A DNA stretch of 64,000 bases from contig NC_134027.1 in the NCBI RefSeq assembly GCF_964204645.1, positions 1,768,485 to 1,832,484 of the forward strand, in the 5' to 3' direction. Source of the DNA: Tubulanus polymorphus. Taxonomy: Eukaryota; Animalia; Nemertea. This document shows positions 29,901 to 41,333 of the stretch, one piece after another. Made by a program: the position numbers and the translations under genes. Each line of letters starts with the position of its first letter. Within the stretch, counting starts at the first letter, position 1. The notes under the pieces were generated by a model. The model was not told the origin of the DNA. It saw only the letters and a program-made list of their open reading frames with translations, and made no database searches.

Positions 29901-31323
29901 GAGCGGTGCACAAGCGATGCAAATCTTTAACTCTGCAAATAACAGTTTATCCGCAGCAGAGAGTGATAATTTAAACAAGGCGATACGTCTGAAAGAGGTT
30001 AATGACATTTTTGCCAAAACGTTTGACAGTGATCCGGCTAACACAACGCATAACGAGCATGTCGATAAAGTTAAAAAAGACATCCTCAGTTATCTGGGAA
30101 TTGATGAAAGTACGTTACAGGAAAGCCCTCCACAGTTGCCGAATCGTCGTCCGAGTCGTCCTCAGTCAATATTTACCGCTGATCGTATAAAACAAACTCC
30201 GAAAGGCAAAGGACATAAGATAAAGAAGAAACTGTCTAAGTTAATGAAAGGGCACAAAAATAACCGATCGGTTGAAAATTCATCCTCTGACGGAGAAGAT
30301 ATTTCAACAACACCTAATACTCCAGTTACGCCAGCAACTATGCCTACTGGTGCTGATAATTCTTACGACAGTCCCAAACAATTGCTTCCTCTCACTAATG
30401 CAAAACGTAGAAGCTCCAGAACACCACCGCTTACAAAACAAAAAGGGTCGTCACCAAATACTGAACGTCGCAGTAAAATCTCGAAACCGTTCCGTACCAA
30501 GTCGAAACATGAATCGGTGATATCAGGGGGTAGTGCTACCGGGTCTAGTATTGACCAAGATGACAAAGCGAAGAAACCAAGTACTAGTGATAACTCGGTC
30601 CAAGATGAAAAACCAAAGAAAGCTAATGCGGATAGCTCCATCCAGGCTGAAACTAATTCAGTTTACGGTTACGATCTACCACTAATTCCACTTGAAACTT
30701 TCCCGAAATCCGATGCCGTCATTACTACAACATCCGTCGTGGAAACACCGGCAAAACCATCACCTGCAACTATCGATTTTCTTACCGGTGATGACTCGTG
30801 TGATATTTCAACCTGTTTGCCTCCAATAACGTCACCCACTGTGAAATCGTTGCGCTCTGAAAGTTCCATCTTTGGCGATCTGTCGACGTCGTTTTCATTT
30901 TCGTCTCCGACTTCGGAATGGGACCCGTTCGATAGTTCGTGGGCTGAGAAAAAACCACAACAAATTGCCAACGCAAAAGATAATGACAGAGCGTGGATGG
31001 CATTCGCTGACAATTCAAACCCTTATTATATCGTGAACTCGGAGAATGAGAAAGATGAACAGACAAAGAAGTGGATCTTTGCGACACAAATGAACACATC
31101 GCTCGATACACCTACAGATGACGCTCCGTGGCTGACCCAGTTCAGCAGCAGTTCCACACACAATGACAATATGAACAGTTTAACTAACGACTTTTATTTC
31201 GATATGAACAGGAAGCGACTCAGTTCGGCTGAGAATGTTTATACGCTAATGAACGAACAAGTTGATTTATACCAAATTCCTATTGCGAACAAACAAATAA
31301 TTACACAATCATTGGATAACTAA
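26965..31323 (+). CDS. DOK/IRS/FRS2-family adaptor: PH domain, IRS-type PTB domain and long disordered Tyr/Pro-rich tail (about 1145 aa, 5 coding exons)
   Basis: Exons 26965-26988 (MGYGKFQE, least certain), 27147-27293, 27893-28202, 28285-28510 and 28593-31323, all GT-AG and phase-consistent. PH start FQGYLDIKQPP..KLR|VWKRKW; PTB motif WKLNTLKRF..FVIEAGPKCDTGKGEYRF. Confidence 0.85.
27147..27293 (+). CDS. DOK-like exon: acidic N-terminus and PH strand 1
   Basis: ctccag| ... AGG|gtaaga. Confidence 0.85.
27737..27808 (+). tRNA. tRNA-iMet: Initiator tRNA-Met (anticodon CAT), intronic
   Basis: AGCAGAGTGGCGCAGTGGAAGCGTGCTGGGCCCATAACCCAGAGGTCCGTGGATCGAAACCACGCTCTGCTA: A1-T72 pair, GGG/CCC anticodon stem, initiator-specific GATCG T-loop, and a TTTTT terminator about 10 bp downstream. 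Confidence 0.97.
27893..28202 (+). CDS. DOK-like exon: PH domain body
   Basis: ttttag|GTATGG ... G|gtaaat. Confidence 0.88.
28285..28510 (+). CDS. DOK-like exon: IRS-type PTB domain
   Basis: ttctag| ... CC|gtgagt. Confidence 0.88.
28593..31323 (+). CDS. DOK-like terminal exon: end of the PTB domain and long low-complexity tail
   Basis: ttacag|; 2.7-kb open frame containing the supplied 896-aa ORF. Confidence 0.9.
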
Positions 31324-31758
31324 TTATACGCATGAAATAATTATGAAACTTTCCATTGTAAATAACACAGTCGTGTCTTTGTACATTCTAATTAAGTGTT
31401 TTTTGCGTGTTTATCCTCCTTGAATCCTGATCAGATTCGAATGTAAATACATGATATGTCTTTATTGTAAATATAGCCACTATAATCATTTGTAAAATTG
31501 TTTTCGAGCATCATTTCCTTTCTTTCGTGAATGAAGAGGGAAGAAGTGGACTTCCTCAAGACTATAAATAATACCTTAAGTACATTCTCCAAAACTATCG
31601 TTGTACTGCATGCCTCTTGGCCTTGATTAACATCTATTCTTTTGAACTATATCAGAGAACTATAGAACTATATCAAAGACAATCTTATTGAAAGAATAGC
31701 AGCCGTTTTGTAGTTTCAGCATTGTTGCAGTAATTCAACAGTGTTGTAGTCCCGCTGG

Positions 31759-31916
31759 ATCTTAACCGTTATGTGCTGCCCCTATGCATATTGTTAGCGG
31801 TGAACGTGTGAACTAACTCGACAATACAATATTCCTGCTGTGGTATACGAGTAATAAGTTAGTTCTCACGTTCGCCGTCAACGATATGACTAGAGGCAGC
31901 ACTTGACGGCTAAGAT
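31759..31916. repeat. Imperfect inverted repeat with about 60-bp arms (fold-back MITE-like) between convergent genes
   Basis: atcttaaccgttatgtgctgcc...gaactaact / agttagttc...ggcagcacttgacggctaagat. Confidence 0.8.
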
Positions 31917-32238
31917 TTTTACACAGGTGGATATTCCAACAGCGGCATGCGAGTGATACAGATAGTCATAATCTATTATTCCTAACTTAGGAATCCGTTT
32001 TTAAAAATTGAGTTCTGAGTAACTTTTTATCAACACGAAGATATCGCCCTATGATAAAGGAATAATTGATGAACAAATACACACTAAGGACATCCCAGGT
32101 TTGAATCTAGTGTTAACATTGACTTCCAGGGCCATGAATTCTAATCACAATTAAAACACTGAATACAAATTGAAGAAACAAAACAACCAAATTAATTCAC
32201 TGTATACAAGAATTTATTTATACTTGTGTCAAAGACAA

Positions 32239-34667
32239 TTACTTTTTAACGGTTTTTTTGGTCGTTTTTTTCGCAGGTGTTTTTACCGCCTTGGCATCTG
32301 CCTTTTTAAGTTTCTTAAATTCCATGGTGATAATTCTGTTTCTCTGGAAAACAAAAACAACATATTCAAATTAATTTCTCGTTTAAAAAGCAATACAAAA
32401 TAGTTCTATTAGATCTAGCCAAGGACCAACAACAATTAAGACAAGTCAAATCTTTTGAGTCGGAAAAATCTGCCTGAGTAGTGATGTCTCGAGTTGAGTG
32501 GAATCTTCTGTACAACCAGCTAAGGGAATATTTTACTAGGGACATGGGATTTCAGAATTCGTTCTAGTTTTGAATAGTTGCATCAGTGATAAGAATTATC
32601 AGTCAGTTTCGGCATCAGACGGCAATTCCTATATTTATGTCTCGTCATTTGCAAAACTATTTTAAGTTAAAAACTGAGCTAATATCGAGTATTGCTATTA
32701 AGTCAATTGAATGAAGGAATTAGCAATCCTGAACTATGCAACGCATCAGTGACAAGAATTATCAATCAGCTTCGACATCAGACGGCAATTCCTATATTTA
32801 TGTCTCATCATTTGCGTTAGGTTAGAAAACAGCTCGAAATACAGTCAATCCCTTATATACCGCCAACATCGGTGCAGAATGATTCTGTGTCCGTATAACA
32901 GGGGTGATTTACTATGTATTTGTATTGAGATGTAGATTGAGAGAACCTGGCGATAGGCGGTAAATTGGGGGTTGACTGTACTTTTAAATTAATTTTAAGT
33001 AATATGTATGCAAAAATACACAGCACGCACATCAGTGATAAGAATTATCAGTCAGTTTCGGCATCAGACGGCAATTCCTATATTTATGTCTCATCATTTG
33101 TGCGAGGCCCATACGAGACCAAATTTTAAATCGAAGTATAAATTAACTAAAATGTGGTTAAAATAGGTTGTGTAGAGGAGGGAAAAATATGCATCAGTGA
33201 AAAGAATTATCAGTCAGTTTCGGCATCAGACGGCAATTCCTATATTTATGTCTCATCATTTGCATTAGGTTAGAAAACAGCTTGAAATACTTTTGAATGT
33301 CTTAAAAATATGCAGAAATACACAGCACGCACATCAGTGTAAAGAATTATCAGTCAGTTTCGATATCAGACGGCAATTCCTATATTTATGTCTCATCATT
33401 CGTGCTCTGGATTATTTCCTGTATACCACATTTATATATCTATCAACTTACTGTTTGTTTGGCCTTCATCAGTTTGAATCTATCGAAGTCTGTCATCGTC
33501 TTTCTCTGCAAAAAAATTCAAACATTCATTAAGTTCAAATCTTCCAGATAACGTGTCCTAAATTGGGCGAGTTCAAATCTTCTTTTACAATCAGTAACTC
33601 TCGCTAAACTTGGAAACTTAAGACTTTCGAAAACTAAATTTTTTTACTTCTTGATCTATTTTTTCTTATCCTTAACCAATTTTTCCGGTCTCAATGTGTC
33701 GTAAGTTTCGTTTACTGCGTCATTATAACGTAATTACCTTTTTCTTCAATTCGAATTTCTTGGCCCACGTCGTCTCTTTCCATTTCTGGTCGATTTCAGC
33801 GGCGAGCCACGCTTTCTTCAGAGACTTCTGTCTGGCTGATGGACCGATTTTCACTGTGAAACTCGTTAAATGTAAGTGTTTAAAGTTCATCGACTGTCGT
33901 TTGATGCCAGTGAACGGACCTTCAACCAAAGCCTGAAACACAATACATAAATCATCAACGTTTTCAGAGAATTCAGAATCTAGACAGGGGTTCAGATTTA
34001 TAAGGGCATTCTGGCAGAATTGTTATAAGACCCTCAAGCCGCAAAGAATATTTTGCACTGCGGAAGCTTTTCCTCAGCTCAAAAGCAAAGCCATTGGTAA
34101 CTAAGTGCAACATGTCTGATGAAAATTTTATGAGGGATTACTTCCAGTCTTGAATTACATCCATTGAAAACCCACAATATAAATCTAAAACAACTGATAT
34201 TGTTCTTCTTCCTAATTATTCAGCTCTATTAGTCAAAATCCCTGATCCACTGCACACTGACACACACTCACTGTCAGTAGTAGCTCTTCTTACCCTGTTT
34301 TGGTCGATGATATCCAGAATGACGCACAGTTTTCCTCTCTGTGGTCCATAGGCAATGAAGGCCACGCGGCCAACCTCAACAAATCTTTCGTACACCTTAA
34401 AAAAACAAACACAAACGAAATGAAATACGTGTACACCAAACCGGGCGGGAATAAAATCAGATTGATTGAAGTTGGATTTGTAAATGAGTGTATTCTTCAA
34501 ACTGGTATTTATCGAGTTTTAAAAGTGAAATTCAAACATTGATTCCTCACATTAGACTCTTAAACACATCTTTATACTGATCAACTACTTTATTGCTTTA
34601 TTCACGTAGGTTTAACCGATGAAATTCACTGTTTAAAACCACAGGTTTATCGCTAAATACTAACCAT
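32239..34667 (-). CDS. RPL14: 60S ribosomal protein L14 (eL14), 152 aa, 5 coding exons
   Basis: Exons 34665-34667 (ATG), 34294-34395 ([29 protein letters not shown]), 33738-33932 (ALVEGP..WAKK), 33452-33505 ([18 protein letters not shown]) and 32239-32343 (RNRII..KK*). AATAAA at 32213-32218. Confidence 0.96.
32580..32652 (-). ncRNA. SNORD49: Box C/D snoRNA, U49/SNORD49-like, copy A (variant C box ATGACGA)
   Basis: C box, guide ATAGGAATTGCCGT, D' CTGA, D CTGA and terminal stem; lies in an RPL14 intron in sense orientation. Confidence 0.8.
32743..32815 (-). ncRNA. SNORD49: Box C/D snoRNA, U49/SNORD49-like, copy B
   Basis: ATGATGA ... ATAGGAATTGCCGTCTGA ... CTGA; stem aacgca/tgcgtt. Confidence 0.82.
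32842..32978. mobile_element. Tc1/mariner-pogo-type MITE inserted between snoRNA copies
   Basis: TA|CAGTCAATCCC ... GGGTTGACTG|TA; the paralogous spacer near 33284-33294 shows the empty site gaaaTActttt. Confidence 0.88.
33029..33101 (-). ncRNA. SNORD49: Box C/D snoRNA, U49/SNORD49-like, copy C
   Basis: Same boxes and guide; stem cgcaca/tgtgcg. Confidence 0.82.
33191..33263 (-). ncRNA. SNORD49: Box C/D snoRNA, U49/SNORD49-like, copy D
   Basis: Same boxes and guide; stem atgca/tgcat. Confidence 0.82.
33331..33403 (-). ncRNA. SNORD49: Box C/D snoRNA, U49/SNORD49-like, copy E
   Basis: Same boxes and guide; stem gcac/gtgc. Confidence 0.8.
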
Positions 34668-34684
34668 GCTGTACTCGCTATACC

Positions 34685-34692
34685 GAAGAGAT
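34685..34692 (-). promoter_or_regulatory. Probable TCT initiator / 5'TOP start of RPL14
   Basis: Minus strand atCTCTTCggtatagcgagtacagcATG: a pyrimidine run about 20 nt upstream of the ATG, as expected for ribosomal protein genes. Confidence 0.55.
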
Positions 34693-37600
34693 CACGTGTT
34701 CGAATTCTCGCGTGTTCGAGAATTCATTTAATTAGAAGTAAAAGCAGCGATATACTAAAATTCACTCATTAATTATATTTGTTATATTCAAAAAAGGATT
34801 TTGAAATTGAATTTTGGTTATAGGTTTCATTTAAATATACGTAATTGGTAGACTGGTTACCAGCGCCACCGAAATAGAGACCGGTAACCAGTCTAGTTAA
34901 TCGGGCGTGGTCGATTGTGATCTGTGCATGTACGAGATTTGGCGGGAATTTAGTTTGGGTTCGAACTCTTATTTGAAATAGAATGTCCATATCACACACC
35001 TTTGATAAACATATGCATTTCATTTTATTCTATCATTCAAACGATGTTGCAGATGGTGTTTTGTTTTTGAGCGCTGAAGACGCGGTTCCGTTCAGAGAAA
35101 CGACTGATTGACATCGGCACTAATCTGATTCGAAGCGTCGGACATTTAGGGGCTGGCTGAATCTAGCTTAGTTCCAACCAATAAATAGCGCATTGCATCG
35201 TTCTTCCACTCAGAGTAGCCTATACATTGGGGTGTCTCGGTAAATTTAGGCTTAGTAATATCGGACCCGAAGGATTTAATTTTTTTTTGGAAGATAGGCC
35301 GGTGGCGCCTGAGTTAGCTTTTGCCCCTAGATAAGGACCACTGTTACGGCATGGGCCATAAAAACGATCCTCTTAAGAACCCCGGTGCCGGATTTGAATT
35401 TCTGCAGCGATGGATCTATAGTAAAACGACCCCAATGGAAACTCATCCATTAACTCCCATTTGATAGACTGCGTTTATACAACAACAATCGGCTCGATTC
35501 ATGGCGACAATACACGTGCCTAATAGCCGAAAAAATAATCTTCTTGATGGACTTTTAATTCATTAAGCCTAAGCACTCTCGGGAAAGGAAAAAACACTGG
35601 TGAAATACGGAGTCTTGTTTCACGTTTCGCTTGTTTCTCCCTTGTCTGATCTCACGTACACATTTCTAAGACGTGTTTTCATTAAATCCCTTTGAACGTC
35701 CATCGGCAGCCTCGTGCTATTTTTTTTACCAATTTATGCGATAGCTTTTATTGTAATTTTGTAAATTCGCTCGGCTTTCTTGAGTAAATTCACTAGAAAA
35801 AATTCTAATAATATTTTCTGTATTTTTTTTGTAAATTCAATAGTATGATTGGCAGCGGATATTAGGAGGATTTCAATTCTCGCGTATATTATTCGAAATA
35901 TGAATTTCAAAACCTGACTACAGCGAATCGATATTTTATATTCGTCGTATCTCGGTATGTTTGAAAAAAGTATTTCAGTCCACTGCCACAGACGCCTGGT
36001 CAATACAGGTATACTGCGCAATTCCTGACCTTTGGATTGGAATTATTTACGTCGCAACCTTAAGAAAATACAACCTCAAAAGGAGAGCGGAAACTCGTAG
36101 AATAACGCCTTGTCAAGAGACGTACATCAGTTGTAAGACATTCTTCGAGAATGAATCGCCACGCGATTTTTTTTTCTAAGTAAATATCCACGGTTTCTTT
36201 ACGCGGTACGATGACAATTGTGACAGTTAATACGACAGCAGTATCATTCAGCGGATACCGTATAATTAGATATCAGACTTTGCTCAGTTGTCAGCTGGGC
36301 CCGAGGCCCTGTAGTTACGTGACACTACTACTTGATTAAAGAGACATTGTCAGATGAAGACATCTGAAGTTGTTTGTTGCGACATGAAGTCCAGTAATAA
36401 GCTAACGCACTTTGCGTCACAGCGCGTCACATTGGACTACTGATTGAAGTAAAAAGCGTCCAAATATTATGAGGCCTGAAGAATAATGTGTATCGTCAGT
36501 GCGTTTAAATTACACCTCTCTAAACATAAAACAAAACGACAATTGATATTGTTCGTTTCATTCACTTATAGTTGAAACTATTGAATTCATTTCAGGAGAT
36601 CAATATATGTTATCGAAAATCCCACAATAATTACAAATAGAGACGAAATGTTTGGTTGTAAGTTACTGCAATTTCTCGGCTTTAGTCATCCAAAATACAG
36701 ATTTCTGCTGATAATCAATCGAGGAAGCAGGGTATACGGTCGACGCGATGTTTCTTCTCGCTACACGGCTACACTTTTCTTTATGGAGAAGTCTACATTT
36801 TTATTCGCGTCGCCCGTGTTGATGTGATGGCGCGGCGGGGACAAACGGAAAGCTTTATAAGCACATAATTACCGGGTAGACAGCGTGTATTTCGTTTTTT
36901 TGCTGTCGTTTTCCACTTATAAATTGAATGCGACGCAGGGGATATATACCAGTTACCGAATAAAAAAAAACAACCCTAAATATCCGTGACAGTAACTATA
37001 CCAGTAATTTCTTGGTAACACTGAATCAGCTTCGACATGAGGCGCATAACAACATAATAATCTGGAAGTTGCCCTCCGGCGACATCATCCGCAACAAGAT
37101 AATAATGTCATTTAACAAGGACCGATTCTCCCTAGTGTCCCTTCGAGAGGCTAGGAACTGCGCTTGTGTTGCTCGCGGGTGTCTTGTTGTTGCGCTTGAG
37201 TTTCTTTTTAAATCGTCCAGTCGATGAATGAGTGTCAAAATGGCCGCGCTCCCGGATGGCGTGTTATTACGTTACGTATATTTCAGATATTCAAAAGACT
37301 AATGAACGCCGTTGTCAGCCGACAAGTAGAAAATAAACACACTTTGTCTGAATTTTATTTAAAACTTTTTTCGGTCCGGAATATAAAGTGTTGACATCGC
37401 AAACCTTCATCGACAGTGCAGTTAAAAATGCAGATGTTTATCGTCAAATACTCGACCGACGTTGTGTGCGACCAGAGTATGTTGAACTAAACGACGCGCA
37501 AAACCAACATACGACACCGACAAACATTTTCATGCCTGATCAAGCGACAAGAAATAATATCTGCAGCAGTATTAAAGATGTCAGTATATGGCAATCGCAA

Positions 37601-38707
37601 TCATCCAAGGCATGTTTAATTCGTCGATGATTTATGATCAAATAAGATGCAACTACTTGCATCTACTTGTGAGTGCGCGCGCCTCGATAGACATCATTGA
37701 ATATTGCATCTCGACGATAGATTTCCGTCGTACGAAGACTAAGCAAAGACCGAGATAAAAACTATAGACATTTTTAGATACATGCAATAATAAACTTTAT
37801 GAGGAACCAACTCTACCGGAAGAATAACGACGTGTGTGAATGATTCAAAGTACGTTCGCGGAAATCTAAGTAATTCGGTGCTTTTTGTTGGAATAGCTTT
37901 TTAGACGTGATATATACGGTTGATTAGAACGACCAACACTCTCCTACTGGGACTAATCATCATTAATTTCACTTCTACTCATGATTTACCTCCCGTTGGT
38001 CATTTGTTATTTTTACCTACTAGAGTAACCACCATCACTCAGACGACGATGATGCAAATGTCGTTAGCAGAGGTATCACGAACCCCGGACAAATGCAGTC
38101 GGCTCAAAGTGGATTGATTCGCGTGCAATTAAGATACCCCTGAAAGCGAAAACCTGTCTTTAGACGGAATGACGTATTAGAAGGCGAGATTCAGCAACAA
38201 ACAGATATATACACGCAATATCCGCTGTTTTTTGTTGACCAACCCTTACGCACTAAAACACGGTTAAGAGCACTTTCAATCGCATACTTCAATATGACAA
38301 ACTTTAGCAACTTGTCGCTTTTCTATTGAAGCGAAAGTGAAACCATTTTTTATTTGAAATACGCCATATTAGAAAAATAATGAAAATGCGAAACCTCAAG
38401 TGGTTGAAACAAATAAAATATTGTCAGCAATTTAAAGAAAATCTTGCAGGCCTTTATTCGAAACTTATCAGTGAGTGTTTGGATACCGCGCCCAGCAATG
38501 ATACGACACGGAAGGCGCAATGTCGCGCTGTGAATCTCTCGTTCATTGAATCCAGGTACAGTGTCTCACACGCTCGCTCGCTCTCCCTCCCCCTCGTTCT
38601 CTCTCTCTCCTCGCTGCTCAACAACCGCGAAGATGGCAATACTGTTGCACACCATATAAAACAAAATACGCTGATCATCATCCATTCGTTAAAACGGTAA
38701 TGGATAT

Positions 38708-38764
38708 ATGGACATCGCCGTTGACTCCAATGTAAAGGAAGGAATTTTACGGATATCTCGTAAG
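38708..38764 (+). CDS. Probable first coding exon of a second PH-domain (DOK-like) gene: MDIAVDSNVKEGILRISRK
   Basis: In-frame upstream stop, ATG, PH strand-1 pattern VKEGxL, and a perfect donor AAG|GTAAGT in phase 0. Downstream exons were not identified in the window. Confidence 0.55.
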
Positions 38765-41118
38765 GTAAGTAAAATCGAGAAAATTCTATACTTAATTAGC
38801 TGAAAATAACGTTAGCTTTAACACATAAGGGTGTAGCTATACCTATCAAACGATTGTAAAATCAATTCTATAGATGTATAGATGCTTCATAAACTGGTTA
38901 CTGGCTTTATATGAATTTGAATTATCACGATATATACTTGAAACATCAGACAAAAAAGGTTCAAACAATCTAAAAATGTTTTTTAGTTTTGAGTTTATGT
39001 TTGAGAACGAAGCGCTTTATTTCTAGTTTTACCATTGTTTCATTCGATTTGCTTGCGGAAAAAATCCACTTCAATTAAAGGAGAATATAATATATCAACT
39101 AGTTGGTAATCGCATTTTTCTTTCTTGTTGCTAAGCTGCCAGTTTTTCCGCCTTTTCTGTGGTCTCACATATGTAGAAAACCGCCGTAAATGTCACCAAA
39201 GCGCCGCTATTTAACACTATAAGCTTGTAACTTATTGCTTTCTTAGCTTAAAAGAAAAAGGCGAGTCGATTGGATTAGTTTACAATTCTATTACGACAAA
39301 AGCAGGAGTCATTCGTGCATCCAAGAATGCCTTTGAGCTATGTCTCGCTCAAGAGACCCCACATTACATCATGCATATTTCCGTAAGCTCGAAGGGTCGC
39401 TAATGGACCACATGCATGTAATTCCTTGCCGCGGGTAAAAAACCCGTTCAGGAATAACCGTTTCCACAGATATTAAGGGTATATACAACATACGCGTTAA
39501 TTAACGTGTGAATATGGAAAGCGTATTATAAAAAGTATGGCGTTATCGTCGGCGGAAGTATTCTTCTATTTCTTCAAATTCGTTTTAGAATTAGGCACTC
39601 AGATTCACCATTCACGCAGTTAGTCATTTGAATCTGTTTGATGATGAGAAATTAGAGCTTGTCGTATACGATATCCCCGTGAACCATTCAATTCCTGAAG
39701 CATCATCGCGTATTCAGTTGTGTCCCTTCGGTTCCAATCGTGCGTGATCGTTTCTATCAGTACGTTTGAATCAAACTCGTAGATTTCAATCGACTCCAAC
39801 ATACAGGCAGCGGTCAGAACGATAGTAGCTAATTGTATGTCAGTCCCTCTGGTACAATACATTTATTATTCATATTCAAAATGATATGGAAGTTATTAGG
39901 TCATTAAAATCTATATGTAGATTGAGAACAGAGAGCAATAAACGTCGCAAAACTGTCGTGTTTTTGTGTCTCGGTGGTGGATACGGTGTTTGACTCACAG
40001 CAGGAGTTGATGCGCTCAAAAGAATCTCTCGAGTCCTCCATGCTATTCCATCAGGACACGTCGTCAGTGTTTCCCGATTCACTGAGCTACCAACAAAAGT
40101 CGTAATTACCCTGATGTAGAGGTTTTTACAGTATCGGAATTGAAGAAAGAAAAGTTTAATGATGACATTTCGACTTTTTATCCAATGAAACTACGTTGTT
40201 ATATAACAATCCTCAACTTCTATCTAGAGATATTGAGTTAACGGTGGATCTATCTGCAAGCGTTGTTTGCTCGTGTTCAATGTATCGGAGAACTTGCGCT
40301 CGCAGATACAAGCGTGGCGACGAGACGATTTAAAAATTTTTTATCAGCAAAGTTTCCCCGAGGCAGAATTCTAATTCAAATGTAAACAATTACGACAAAC
40401 TATGCCGACGTATGAGACCGAAGCCTGAGATAAAAGAAACATCACGTTTCATTCTGTTATTTTGAACTGTGGCCTTTTGTCACTGGAACTCGTAATGCTG
40501 AGATCATCACTCTCTCAAACAACGAAATCAATCCAATTAGCTCTAGTTCAAATATATCCTATACGAACTGCAGTAAACTGATCAAAGGGGGGATTTATTT
40601 GCCAGTCAAACGAAGTATCCTAGAAAATACGTTTTCACTGGATTATGGTTTTCATTCAGTCATTAGTTCGTGTTTCACGTGTAACGACGTTTTCTAATTC
40701 TTTACTATATCGACGAATTGCCGCCGCTGTTCATATCATCATATTTCAAACATCAAACGTTCAAAAATATAATTCATTTTTGTTGTGTAGTTTGCGCGGC
40801 TTCGAATCCGGATGTAGCCTAATGATATTAGAGTGCTGCTTTCGGCTGAAATTGTCGTACGGAAAAATACGTCGTTTTCGCATGGTTAGTCAGTGGAATA
40901 ACGTCAGTCACGATATCTGAGAATCATCAGAAATGACGTTTTGATGGAATTTCAGTAAAATTCACCTGAGATCTGTCAATCAGTTTGAGCCATGCAATTT
41001 GCCTGATCGCTTGTTATGATGATAGCTCATTTTCACAATCAATGTCAAAATGTCTCATGCATTCACGAAACGAATAACGTACTGATGATGATTGTAATTA
41101 AATATACAGATATATTAA

Positions 41119-41333
<215 letters not shown>

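Noticed and set aside
28826-31111. Alternative-frame and antisense ORFs overlapping the large adaptor exon
   Set aside because: Shadow ORFs of a long coding exon.
32580-33403. CRISPR-like repeat-spacer array
   Set aside because: The repeats are ~73 nt with C/D boxes and an rRNA guide, and the spacers are homologous to each other. It is a snoRNA cluster.
33975-34110. H/ACA snoRNA in an RPL14 intron (two hairpins around an AAAATA box, minus strand)
   Set aside because: No ACA box after the second hairpin and no convincing pseudouridylation target; would need snoGPS or Infernal support.
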